Positions 51,848 to 61,687 of a stretch of DNA of 64,000 nucleotides are shown piece by piece; position 1 is the stretch's first letter, and each line of letters starts with the position of its first letter. The notes beneath the pieces were generated by a model. That model did no database searches. It saw only the letters and a program-made list of their open reading frames with translations, and was not told where the DNA came from. Location of the stretch: the IMG/VR virus record IMGVR_UViG_3300021400_000103. One strand, written 5' to 3'. This DNA is from a virus (taxonomy: Duplodnaviria; Caudoviricetes). The translations under genes were made by a program, and so were the position numbers.

Positions 51848-52267
51848 TTACCATTTTTTATAAAAACCTTCATCAAAAGTATCGTCATTGACAAGACCGA
51901 AGTTATATAATTTATCAACGGCTTTAATCAGTTCGTCTCCGTACCAACCATAATCAGTATTTTCCAAACCATTTTCCAAAACGATACACCAAGATTGGAG
52001 TACACAATTCATCAGTCCAGCAGATATACCACGATGATTCGTAGCCTTTTCTATTGCAAATTCTGTATCATCTTTTAGTTGCTTAAGAATGTTATCTTCT
52101 GTCCAATCCAATACATTTCGAGTTCCATCTCCGGTATATTTAAACCCATACTTTTCCCATTCATCAGCTGGAATAAAATCAAGAAATCTTTTAGTCCAAC
52201 GATGATCTAACATTTTATCCTGCTCTACCTCATCATAATGTTCTTTAACCCATTCTAATGTTTTCAT
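51848..52267 (-). CDS. Hypothetical protein
   Basis: RBS AAGGAGG; HRGISA motif. Confidence 0.6.
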   Translation of the reverse strand: MKTLEWVKEHYDEVEQDKMLDHRWTKRFLDFIPADEWEKYGFKYTGDGTRNVLDWTEDNILKQLKDDTEFAIEKATNHRGISAGLMNCVLQSWCIVLENGLENTDYGWYGDELIKAVDKLYNFGLVNDDTFDEGFYKKW

Positions 52268-52282
52268 AAAATTTGCCTCCTT

Positions 52283-52990
52283 TTATTTGGGATTACCCCT
52301 AAATGACAACTTCGTATCGAATCCGTGCATTTCGATCTTGTCATTATTCGTTGCACCGATAGGATCAATGCGCTCGGATTCTGTTTTGAGAAGAGAAAAA
52401 TGTTCTTCTATTGCCATAAATATATCTTCCGGTGAGATTAAATCTTTGATCCCACAAGCTGTCAGAATTGGTGGGTTGTTCTTGCCAAACATGATTTCCC
52501 TACGAACATCATCATTGTTATTTATAGCATCTTGTAGAACATTTATATTTGATATTACAAGTTCTCGGAAAGTCTTTTTCCTCCGGCTAATATATGGTTC
52601 AATTCGAGCAAATATCTTAAATCCAAAATTGATATACTCCAACCGAACAGTGGTTCTTGGTCGATCATAATTCTTCCAAGTAGATATTACCTCTAATGAA
52701 TATTCTGCAATATATTCACGCCAATCATACTTTCCTATCTTCCCGGAATACACACCGGAAACAGTTACTAACAGTAACCAATAGGTAGCACCACATTGTA
52801 GTAATATAAATCCTTCCTTTGGTAATTTTTGACTACTACGGCGTATATCCATATGGTTGCATAATGAAGCACCAAATCTACCTTTGGTTACAATATATGA
52901 TCCTCTTCGGTCAAATACTATGGCGTCATCGGAATTTTGCAGGTAATCGTAATAGTCCGTGTTCTTGTCAATAATCCTAATAATAATCAC
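52283..52990 (-). CDS. Conserved phage hypothetical protein
   Basis: IIDKNTDYYDY...HGFDTKLSFR. Confidence 0.6.
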   Translation of the reverse strand: MIIIRIIDKNTDYYDYLQNSDDAIVFDRRGSYIVTKGRFGASLCNHMDIRRSSQKLPKEGFILLQCGATYWLLLVTVSGVYSGKIGKYDWREYIAEYSLEVISTWKNYDRPRTTVRLEYINFGFKIFARIEPYISRRKKTFRELVISNINVLQDAINNNDDVRREIMFGKNNPPILTACGIKDLISPEDIFMAIEEHFSLLKTESERIDPIGATNNDKIEMHGFDTKLSFRGNPK

Positions 52991-53006
52991 CCCCTCCCAG
53001 TTATCA

Positions 53007-53411
53007 CTATTCGTCTAGTTGTTTCTTCGTCAGAGGCTCTTCTACCGAATCCCGTTTGGAGTCATATTCGAACCAAGTACCAATTTCACACTTGTCAAAA
53101 GTATCTTTGTCTGTATAGAATCGATTCGTTTCATATCTGCTATCTGATTCATTATATTTCCGAATACGAATAATATACTCATCCGGATGGTGATGCCAAA
53201 TAGGAACCATTTGCGTCCAAGAGTATTTACCGTTGTAATGCACTATCGGCATCATCTGTACCCAAGATTTTTCAGGAACAAACTCTTTATCATATACTTC
53301 TCCATCAGTTATTCCCTTACTACACCCAGACAGTAATATGATACATAATGAAATTATGCTAACAACAAGTCTTTGTTTCATTCTCTCGCCGAGATCATCG
53401 TGTGTTGGCAT
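53007..53411 (-). CDS. Lipoprotein (LSGC lipobox; second ATG at 53381)
   Basis: MKQRLVVSIISLCIILLSGC. Confidence 0.65.
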   Translation of the reverse strand: MPTHDDLGERMKQRLVVSIISLCIILLSGCSKGITDGEVYDKEFVPEKSWVQMMPIVHYNGKYSWTQMVPIWHHHPDEYIIRIRKYNESDSRYETNRFYTDKDTFDKCEIGTWFEYDSKRDSVEEPLTKKQLDE

Positions 53412-53464
53412 ATATTACCTCCTCATATTTACCCAATCAAACTTTGATTTTATTGACTAACTTC

Positions 53465-54094
53465 TCACTTATACAACTGATACTTCCTGCTGATCTCATG
53501 CGCCACCTCGTCCGGCAGAGGCCTGAAGCCTATACAAGTGAGGGTTCTGCCAATGCCATCTGCTCCGACTTCCTCCGGTTCAAGTTCAGTAAGGCAGTTA
53601 TCTTTGATTAGAAAGAAGTCCTTTCCTTCTTCTAATCCCAACTCTTTTGCCTTATCTACAGCTTTCAGCAGATGATTTTTGTTTTTCGCTTCGCATACTG
53701 TTTTGGTAAAGATACCATTAATCCAATCATCGTATATATCTTCGTCAATTCTTACTATTGATTTATAATGATGTTTTATATCTTCTTTATTTACTAATTC
53801 TGGTTTAGGAAAACCATTATTATCGTGCCCCTCAAAAATGTAAAAAAATCTTTCTCCATTATCTGCCGCTTCTTTACACCATTTATATAAATCTGGATGT
53901 CTGTATGGAACTATTCTTTGATCGACTCGTGTGGGTTCATATACACGCATCTTCTTTATTCCATAATCCATTACTCTGCTTGAATTAGATTTAATTAGAT
54001 ACATAAACCATGCATTAGATCCGTGAGCCGCCATGGCACATGCTTTCCCCGAACTCATGTGCAAATCTTTCCGTATAATTATCAATTGTCTCAT
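53465..54094 (-). CDS. Peptidyl-tRNA hydrolase, Pth2 family
   Basis: QLIIIRKDLHMSSGKACAMAAHGS; KTVC; IKDNCLTE; TCIGFRP. Confidence 0.85.
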   Translation of the reverse strand: MRQLIIIRKDLHMSSGKACAMAAHGSNAWFMYLIKSNSSRVMDYGIKKMRVYEPTRVDQRIVPYRHPDLYKWCKEAADNGERFFYIFEGHDNNGFPKPELVNKEDIKHHYKSIVRIDEDIYDDWINGIFTKTVCEAKNKNHLLKAVDKAKELGLEEGKDFFLIKDNCLTELEPEEVGADGIGRTLTCIGFRPLPDEVAHEISRKYQLYK

Positions 54095-54186
54095 TCTGTT
54101 GTCTCCGTTTCCTCTAAAATCTTAAGTAACTCTGTTCCAATCTTGTATTCGGTGCTAAATTCATTCCCATAAAATTTAAGTTTTAT
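54091..54186 (-). pseudogene. 3' remnant of a paralog of 35682..36080, truncated at the 18-bp site
   Basis: LKFYGNEFSTEYKIGTELLKILEETE vs LKYRGNEYSKEYQISQELFKILKETE (17/26 identical); no in-frame start codon. Confidence 0.7.
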
Positions 54187-54207
54187 TTACATCGTTTCCT
54201 TTATTTA

Positions 54208-55209
54208 TCATGTAAACTTTGGTGTCTCTAAAAATCCAATACATTTTAATGACTCTGAATTTTCATACCTCACAGCCCGATCACTGTAAAATATTAGGTC
54301 TCCGTTTTCCTTTATATAGTCATAATATTTCTTATACATATGACTATGTCTGTAATACTGTTCGTTCCTTACAGCCTCTTCCACCTTATCAAAGTCCAGC
54401 TTATCAACAAACTTATAGTGCCGGATTGCAAACCATATAGGGCATTCCATTTTAGGCGTAAGGTAGTGCGCATTTGCGTAAAAATCATTTCCCTCATAGT
54501 AGAATAACGGATACTTTGACAGACCAACAACAAACTGGAATACACGCCCTCTGACACCGCCTTCAATTAGCGTTCCGTGTTTCCATTGTTTTTTACATAT
54601 ACTCCCTGGTTCGAAATAAACGCATTCTGAAAACCAATTTTCATCACAACAAAACATCGATCCTTTAGGAAACATATCAATCATAAATCCTTGATACCGT
54701 TTAGTTTCGGTCATTTGAAGCAACTCTGTAATTGGATGGTTTTCACATCCAATATACGTTAGGTATTCATCTGCATCTACTACAACACACCAGCGATTAA
54801 TTCCATGCTGCACTAACGCATAATTCAGCCATGCGACTCTTCTCTCGGAGGAATATGTGTCATCTGATCCATATAATATGACGCCATTTTCCTTTGAAAG
54901 CCAATCTCTCGTTCCATCTGTAGATCCATTATCTACAAATACAAACCGGTCAATGCCAAGATCTCTGTAATATCTGATGAATTGTGGTATCCTGAATCGT
55001 TCATTACGTACTACACAAAACAAGACAGGATTGTTTCCATTATCAGTCCAGTTGTTAACAATCTGATAAATATTAATATGTTGCAACTCGTTTAAGATTT
55101 GTTTTCGCCTTGTATCATTGGACTGTATATATGTTTCTAGCTTAGGTTGTATAACGTCCGGACTACAGTTCAGTTTATGACTGATCTTGTCTATAACAGC
55201 GTCGTCCAT
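54208..55209 (-). CDS. Glycosyltransferase family 2-like
   Basis: VRNE...YYRDLGIDRFVFVDNGSTDGT...WCVVVDADEYL. Confidence 0.88.
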   Translation of the reverse strand: MDDAVIDKISHKLNCSPDVIQPKLETYIQSNDTRRKQILNELQHINIYQIVNNWTDNGNNPVLFCVVRNERFRIPQFIRYYRDLGIDRFVFVDNGSTDGTRDWLSKENGVILYGSDDTYSSERRVAWLNYALVQHGINRWCVVVDADEYLTYIGCENHPITELLQMTETKRYQGFMIDMFPKGSMFCCDENWFSECVYFEPGSICKKQWKHGTLIEGGVRGRVFQFVVGLSKYPLFYYEGNDFYANAHYLTPKMECPIWFAIRHYKFVDKLDFDKVEEAVRNEQYYRHSHMYKKYYDYIKENGDLIFYSDRAVRYENSESLKCIGFLETPKFT

Positions 55210-55493
55210 TTACTTTCCTTCCTTTTCTTTGCAATCATCAGGCTCATCTAACCTCATTTCGCATCCAGTAACAAACCACTCCCTTCGAGTCGTTCCGTAG
55301 TATGTCTCGTAGTCCCATAAAGCATATTTACAATTTGTGCAATCGGTATTTTCCGTTACTTCTTTGCAGAATTCAGACATATTTTCCTCCATTAATAGCC
55401 TTTGTGGTTAGTTTCTTGCACTCCAGTCTTAAGATTATCCGGATGAGCTAGGCATCCGGAGTTGGTTTTTTCACACATTTTTTGCTTACTACA

Positions 55494-55537
55494 ACATTAT
55501 CACATACTATTGGCAATGTCAAGTATTAGTTTATGGC
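55494..55537 (-). promoter_or_regulatory. Promoter with conserved upstream box GCCATAAACTAA, upstream of the accessory array
   Basis: TTGACA-17-TAATGT; shared box. Confidence 0.7.
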
Positions 55538-55756
55538 ATTGTGGTGGAAAAATATGGCTCATTTCCAATGCGTTGTCGTGATTATGTTTCCCTCTTTGCT
55601 GTTGTTTTTATGTTTTAGAAATGTTTTTGCCATATTTTGACAACATACAAACGACTCTGCATCTGTCATATGATGAAACTCCGGATCCCATGTAGCAATT
55701 TTTTCTAATATTAATACAGCTTGATCATATTTATTCATTTTTTTTGCTCCCCACAC

Positions 55757-56776
55757 CTACATTACCATGGACGTAATCATATTTGTTGCTTCTTCTCTTT
55801 CCTTGTTGTTTGTTACAATATACCTTTGTGTTGTGGATATGTTACTATGCCCTATTACTCTCCTGACATATTCAACGTCGTTTTTCTGTTCATATAGAAT
55901 AGATGCCAAACCACTTCTAAATTTATGAGGACTCATCTCGTAGCCAAGAGCTGCTTTTGTATATTTTTTTACCATTTTTACAATGCCATTAACGCTAATA
56001 CGCTCGTTGGATTTCGATATGAACAATGCAGAACTTTTTGGATCTGTTAAAATTTCATTTCTAGTATATATCCATAATTCTAAAATATCGACTAGTTTGT
56101 CATCGAGATAGTACATATGTCTTTTTTTTCCTTTGTCAATGACCATAATAGTTCTATTTATAAAATCAATATCTTCCACATTTATACTTCTCAAAGCACT
56201 TTCTCTCATTCCAGTAGCCATCAATAACATGAGCATCGCTCGATCTCTGTTAATATACTTGTTTCTATTATACTTAACCTCATATGTTATTTCTAAAATG
56301 TTTTTAAAATCATCTGCAGTCGTATGTAACCTGTTACTTTTAATTCTATCAAGATCATTATTTTTGGGTCTGTCAATCCCAGCATCCACCAAGTAATTTG
56401 TTTCAATCTTACCTTTTTTACATAAATAAGTAAAATAATTATTTAAACAACTCCAAACACATTGCCTATATGAATCCGACGTTTCACACTCAACTATTTC
56501 TCCTACTCCACCTTTAAATCTTGTTTGAATACTGACAAAGTACTTAATTATTATCTTATCTGTTATGGTTTCTACATCCACATCAAACAATCCGGTTTCC
56601 TTTTTTACCCAATTAAAAAAATGATCAATCTTCCTGACGTAGTCACGACATGTCATTGCTGATTGACCATTGGCCTTAAGATAATAATACCATTCAATTA
56701 CACTATCTGGCATATTATCTATTTTCTGTTCGATTTGTTTAAAAATCCTTAGTTCATTTTCAAGCCTTCCATTCAT
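55757..56776 (-). CDS. Second tyrosine recombinase (XerC/D-like, catalytically intact)
   Basis: TGMRES, DKGKK, HKFRS, IGHSN, TQRY; no arm-binding N-domain. Confidence 0.9.
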   Translation of the reverse strand: MNGRLENELRIFKQIEQKIDNMPDSVIEWYYYLKANGQSAMTCRDYVRKIDHFFNWVKKETGLFDVDVETITDKIIIKYFVSIQTRFKGGVGEIVECETSDSYRQCVWSCLNNYFTYLCKKGKIETNYLVDAGIDRPKNNDLDRIKSNRLHTTADDFKNILEITYEVKYNRNKYINRDRAMLMLLMATGMRESALRSINVEDIDFINRTIMVIDKGKKRHMYYLDDKLVDILELWIYTRNEILTDPKSSALFISKSNERISVNGIVKMVKKYTKAALGYEMSPHKFRSGLASILYEQKNDVEYVRRVIGHSNISTTQRYIVTNNKEREEATNMITSMVM

Positions 56777-57273
56777 AATTCCACCTCCGTACCAAAAACA
56801 TATTTGCCTTCATCTACCTCTTCACATATAGTATAATAATCTTTAGTTATCATGATATGTTTTAAAAACGTAATATCTAGCAACTCCCCAAGTTTTCTAT
56901 ATTTTTTTGTCAATTCACAATCATCATATGATATACTTTTAACACCCCCTGGGTGATTATGGAAGCACATAAACTGTTCTGCACCAGTAAGTAACAACCC
57001 TGTAGCTAGTTGTTTTAGATTGCACTCGCAGCCGTCGCTTTTTCCAATGGCTACTTGTATAATACCATTTGGTTTGCAATCATAATTTAATGACAATGCA
57101 TATATATGTTCAGAGCTTAATTTGTCCATATATAGGTATGTATTAAACATATCCACTATTGCTGAGTCAGACAATAGATTAAAACCTTTTATACTAATGA
57201 TTTTAATCTCTACCAACGATGGATTTGGATTATTTATAATATCATATACTCCTATCTTCATATATCCCTCCAT
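56773..57273 (-). CDS. RadC-like JAB-domain protein
   Basis: SEHIYAL...FHNHPGG...SYDD...FLKHIMI. Confidence 0.75.
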   Translation of the reverse strand: MEGYMKIGVYDIINNPNPSLVEIKIISIKGFNLLSDSAIVDMFNTYLYMDKLSSEHIYALSLNYDCKPNGIIQVAIGKSDGCECNLKQLATGLLLTGAEQFMCFHNHPGGVKSISYDDCELTKKYRKLGELLDITFLKHIMITKDYYTICEEVDEGKYVFGTEVEL

Positions 57274-57284
57274 ATTTCCAACAT

Positions 57285-57998
57285 TTATTCGTTACATATT
57301 TTTTCGTTTCCCAAAAAATAATTATCTCTACCTTTCGCATAAGGATTTCTATTTCTCACAACAAACCCTCCTTTTTTCTGCTCGGAATTAAAAAAATCAA
57401 TAAAATCCGTATAATCTATATTTCGATTTTTTTCCTTATCCCGTTCTTTCTGCTTATCAGAAATAGATACAATTAATCCATCTGATATCCGTAAATAAAA
57501 ATATGCACAGCAATAATCTCCCATAACTCCAGCCTTTGAAAAATCATTTTTTCTCCAAGTTATGTATCTTTCAAAATACAACTGTCCATTATTAACGTCC
57601 TTATAAACGGTGCCAGGAATCCCAACCCCTACATTATCTTTTAATCCAGAGTTCTCACAGCTCCAATATTTATATAATACTGCTTTTACTTCGCCATTTG
57701 TCGCTTTTACTTGTGCGATTTTCCTATCCATTTCTTCTTCAGATAGGTTTCTTATTCTTTTTGTTTTTGTATCCTCAATATACAAATCTCCATTTTCTCT
57801 ATATGTAAACATGATATGATTGGTTGTAAGGTCTCTCGCCCTTCCCTCCGCATCATAATAAATATGTGCCCCATAATCGGTTCCATTGTTGTATCTTTCC
57901 TGTCCCTGCTCTTTATAATAAGCATTATCAATTGCTTTTTTTGTTCCGCTTACTGTTATACCAACCAAATTTGCCAATGCATAAACGAAACCAAACAT
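57285..57998 (-). CDS. Hypothetical protein with hydrophobic N-terminus
   Basis: RBS GGAGGT. Confidence 0.6.
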   Translation of the reverse strand: MFGFVYALANLVGITVSGTKKAIDNAYYKEQGQERYNNGTDYGAHIYYDAEGRARDLTTNHIMFTYRENGDLYIEDTKTKRIRNLSEEEMDRKIAQVKATNGEVKAVLYKYWSCENSGLKDNVGVGIPGTVYKDVNNGQLYFERYITWRKNDFSKAGVMGDYCCAYFYLRISDGLIVSISDKQKERDKEKNRNIDYTDFIDFFNSEQKKGGFVVRNRNPYAKGRDNYFLGNEKICNE

Positions 57999-58541
57999 AC
58001 CGTAGCACCTCCCTTACTCAACCAACCACATTCCACCGCTCATCAACCGCAACACTTCCCTTTTCATCTAACACCTTTAACGTTAACCGTCGTCTCTTCT
58101 CTATATCATCCAATATCTTCGGCTGCATTACCACCGGTGTTGTTCTTCTCACACACTGTGCTTCTTGATTAAACCACTGATTAATCTCCATTTTTGAAGT
58201 CACCACCATCGGTCTCATCTCCTTTCCACTACCAATCGATATCATCCACAAGCTCGACGACTTCTTTGTGTGCAATCTCTAACCGCTCTATCTTTGGATC
58301 ATATGGTCGATTTTCCTTATAAAAAGAGATCTTGTCTTCCAGCAACGTCGCCACCCGATCAAGATCCTGTAAATCAACCTTATACCTAATTGGAAACTTC
58401 ATATGCAGTTCCTCCTCATTCGTGGTGACATCCTCCCCCACCTGAAGAGGTGGGGGCTTCTTGCCGGGAGCGGATAAACCAAGTATTCCATACTAAATTG
58501 CCCCCTTTAATTATAGATTATCGCTCTCTTAGTTGTCAACG

Positions 58542-58874
58542 TTACTTCTCGAGTTTCCTTTCTGCCATGCTAACCAACCGGCTGGTTGCTTTACCCCAAG
58601 CCATATTCGTAATGCCAAGCATTTCCATATATACCTGAAGATCACCAAGCATAATCCCAATGGCATTCTTAACCTGTTTCCTTCGATCTTGGAGATCAAC
58701 TTCCCTTGTATCTCCATTATAATGCTGATCCGCATACTGGTAATCTACAATGCTACACATCACCTCGGCCATACCCTTAATCGCTCTGCTTTCCTGTTCT
58801 CTCTCGGTTATATTGACATCATACGCTAAAATCTCGATTGCCCTTCTTGCATCCATACCGCTCTTCTTCTCCAT
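58542..58874 (-). CDS. Hypothetical protein (possible MazG-like helical fold)
   Basis: KGMAEV...MLGDLQVY. Confidence 0.4.
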   Translation of the reverse strand: MEKKSGMDARRAIEILAYDVNITEREQESRAIKGMAEVMCSIVDYQYADQHYNGDTREVDLQDRRKQVKNAIGIMLGDLQVYMEMLGITNMAWGKATSRLVSMAERKLEK

Positions 58875-58875
58875 A

Positions 58876-59859
58876 TTACACCTCCTCAAAAAATTCTACA
58901 TAACTGTTTTCCAGTGCTTCATTTCTTGCTCTTACAGCGTCTCGCTTGTTTGATCCGCTTCTTGTTCTCTCGTTATAAGATTCAAAGTACTTATCTGTTC
59001 CATCAAAGAATCCTGCAATCCAAGCTGCAACGTCTTCAGTATCTCTTTCTTCTTCTATTGCTCGTTCTATAAATGGTACGGTGGAAATCAGGTGTGTTCT
59101 AACAAGTAACTTCTTCCGCACTTTTGCGTCTTCAATCAGCGCATATACTTCCATAATTTTATCAAAGACATCTGTTATCTTCCGACTCTGTTCATTGGTT
59201 ATTTCCGTTTCCAACATTATCCTCCGGATATCCTTGTTTTCCAACGATGGATCATCCACAAACAGCATTGTATAAGTCTTCATAACAATATCTTCATTCG
59301 TATACTTCTGAATTGCCTTTTCTGTTAACGCCGACTTAAACAATTCGTGTTTACCCAGCTCAATAATAGTGGAGATAGATTTTGCTTTCACCCTGGTCAA
59401 TTCAATTGCGCTCAACGGCTTTCCGTTGTTCAACCTGTAGAACATCTCTGAGATTTCATCATCGGTAATGTCTTCAAAGTAGTAAATCGTGAGCGAATAA
59501 TCCTTGATTTCATCCTGCAAATCTTCCGACATTTCTTCAAATCCAAGACCGTTAATATCAATAACCTCGTCTTCAATTTCAATTTCCGGGACATCTTCTA
59601 GCTTATACTCTCCGTTGATAAAGCCTGTAATAGCACTCATCCTCTGCTTTCCATCAAGCATATCGTAGACACCATCTCTCTTCGTTGCATAGAATGGCGG
59701 AATCGGATAACCAGAAAGCATTGAGTGAATCAATAATGACTTCCGTTTTGTATCCCACACATAACCACGCTGTACAACATTCTCAAATGTGATTTTGCTT
59801 GCTCCTACCATCTTTGTAATCTGCTTTGCACTCCATGTAATATTGGCTTTCTTAATCAT
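58876..59859 (-). CDS. DUF262 (GmrSD N-terminal, ParB-like) protein
   Basis: QRGYVW...SLLIHS...GYPIPP...LDGKQR...FYRLNNG. Confidence 0.85.
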   Translation of the reverse strand: MIKKANITWSAKQITKMVGASKITFENVVQRGYVWDTKRKSLLIHSMLSGYPIPPFYATKRDGVYDMLDGKQRMSAITGFINGEYKLEDVPEIEIEDEVIDINGLGFEEMSEDLQDEIKDYSLTIYYFEDITDDEISEMFYRLNNGKPLSAIELTRVKAKSISTIIELGKHELFKSALTEKAIQKYTNEDIVMKTYTMLFVDDPSLENKDIRRIMLETEITNEQSRKITDVFDKIMEVYALIEDAKVRKKLLVRTHLISTVPFIERAIEEERDTEDVAAWIAGFFDGTDKYFESYNERTRSGSNKRDAVRARNEALENSYVEFFEEV

Positions 59860-60413
59860 ATCATTATTCCTCCTTCTAAATTATACAACTGGTTCAGTAT
59901 CTGGTTTGTGTACGCGGATCATCACACCGTCATCAAATGTTATTGCTCCGCGACTTTCGATGTCTTGACAATCTTCTGCTTTGTAAATTTTCGGCGTATG
60001 CCAGCCTTGCCAATTATCAAAGAATTCTTTGTTCTTACCAGCAATTGTTTTTGCCCCGTGAATCGAATCACTTTCTCCGATCCAGTTCTGTTCATACTGC
60101 CCACCAATCACCTGATACTTTTTCATAAACACCTCCTTATTAACTATTCTCGAATTCCTCTTGCCAATCGACCAAAAAACTGTCAAGTTGTTCAAAGGTC
60201 ATACCATCGTAATTTCCGAGACATCCACGAACAAAATACACTACACCTTCATCTGTTTCAACTTCATATATATCCAACGGATCTGTACTTGAATAGCATT
60301 CCTGTGCCTTCTCACTAAGTGATCGCAAAGACAATTCAGCATTTAACTTCTGCTTATTATTAAACTTCATAGTATCTCCCTCCATTTATTCGTTAAAATT
60401 GTTTATTTCGTTA

Positions 60414-61112
60414 TTAGTGCGCTCTAAAAATTACATGCTCGCCCCTCTTCAGGTTCCAACAACCCTCTCCATTGAATGCACACTCACTACAATTTCCACC
60501 GCAATATGTCGCACCGTACTCCGGCGCTGTTGTCTTTCCATCCTCATACAGTACGTGACTGCAAGGAAGGTTGTGCTTGTTCTCCATTTCCATACCACAC
60601 CATGCCGACATGATCGGTTTCACATTCTCAGGGAAAATATTATTGTCAAGAAACCGGTTGATTCCCTTATAATTCTTTGTAAAGAACAGAATCATTGTAC
60701 GAGGATTATCAATACCAAGCTGCTTCACATAGGCAAAATCCTCATCCCTAAGGTCTCCACCAACATTAATCCTGAGTTCCGTTACGAAATTGGCCTTAAC
60801 CTGGGTATTAACCTCATCCCAAAACCTGGTGATATCTACCTTATGGATTGCTGAGTTTTTGCACCGATCGTTAATAACCTGCGGATAGATTAGATCGCTC
60901 TTCAGATCATAACAATCCCACATACACTCACTGCAATTTACACAATCAATCACCGGCAGAAGTGATACCGTCCAACAGTTCTGACCTGTTTTACGGTTAC
61001 CACGCTGAAGTTTAACATGGAGATTTTCAACATCCACCATCATTTCATTTCGCTTATCCACCAGTTTCTGTACTCTACTCTTAACCGCATCTCTACCAAT
61101 TGTCTTTGCCAT
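60414..61112 (-). CDS. GP88-like Cys-rich phage protein
   Basis: GNRKTG...SLLPVIDC..C..C..CY; RINVGGD; FTK. Confidence 0.65.
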   Translation of the reverse strand: MAKTIGRDAVKSRVQKLVDKRNEMMVDVENLHVKLQRGNRKTGQNCWTVSLLPVIDCVNCSECMWDCYDLKSDLIYPQVINDRCKNSAIHKVDITRFWDEVNTQVKANFVTELRINVGGDLRDEDFAYVKQLGIDNPRTMILFFTKNYKGINRFLDNNIFPENVKPIMSAWCGMEMENKHNLPCSHVLYEDGKTTAPEYGATYCGGNCSECAFNGEGCWNLKRGEHVIFRAH

Positions 61113-61159
61113 AGTATTTTCCTCCATTAAAAAAAGGAGCTGTCTGCTCCCATTAGTTG

Positions 61160-61687
61160 TTACTGTGCAACTTTCTGTGGTTCAACACCGTGATCCCGAC
61201 AGATTGTTGTAACCTCTTCGTTTGTAAGTTCTCTGATAATTCGCATCGAACCACAGATGATCCACGGTTCCGGCTGCATACTGTTTGTCTTATATTCGTA
61301 ATATCCATTTACAGGAAGGTGGTCGAGGCATGCTCTCTTCGCAGCCCACCGACCTTTTCTCCAACCATTTTCTCTCGCTTCCTGCTGATAATTGATTTCC
61401 GTACTATACTCAACCTCGCACCAAACACAGTCTTTTCTCTGTGCGAGCGTTCCATCCTTCTGCTTCTTGCCAATCCAATCAGCTTTTGGAATCTTACCAA
61501 GGTGAAGACCAGGTCTGTATGCAAGGGATCCACCGCATCCGCTTGCCTTAACCTTTCCGTCTGCTCTTCTTTCTCCCTCTACTGCATCAATCCAAACACC
61601 AATTGGCATCTGCGTGTTTGCTTCCACATAAAGCGGATAGAGGTTACCATCTTTCTTCTTTCTGAATAATTTGAATGCTGTTGCCAT
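61160..61687 (-). CDS. Conserved phage/MGE hypothetical protein
   Basis: AFKLFR...LYPLYV...LAYRPGLH. Confidence 0.6.
   Translation of the reverse strand: MATAFKLFRKKKDGNLYPLYVEANTQMPIGVWIDAVEGERRADGKVKASGCGGSLAYRPGLHLGKIPKADWIGKKQKDGTLAQRKDCVWCEVEYSTEINYQQEARENGWRKGRWAAKRACLDHLPVNGYYEYKTNSMQPEPWIICGSMRIIRELTNEEVTTICRDHGVEPQKVAQ

Larger units (their letters stand above)
33434..54186. repeat. Dispersed 18-bp junction motif, + strand AT(A/C)AAA-N6-TTTTAT, about 20 copies
   Basis: Starts at 33434, 33627, 33865, 34095, 34800, 35668, 36095, 36280, 36549, 37358, 37831, 38618, 39335, 39572, 45836, 46412, 53436, 54169; weaker copies at 34180, 37543, 46615, 46830, 49743; outlier at 18967. Confidence 0.85.

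Noticed and set aside
33434-54186. CRISPR array or classical integron attC sites
   Set aside because: Repeats have variable cores, are separated by whole genes and lack long attC hairpins; no cas operon is present (the Cas4-like gene sits among replication genes)
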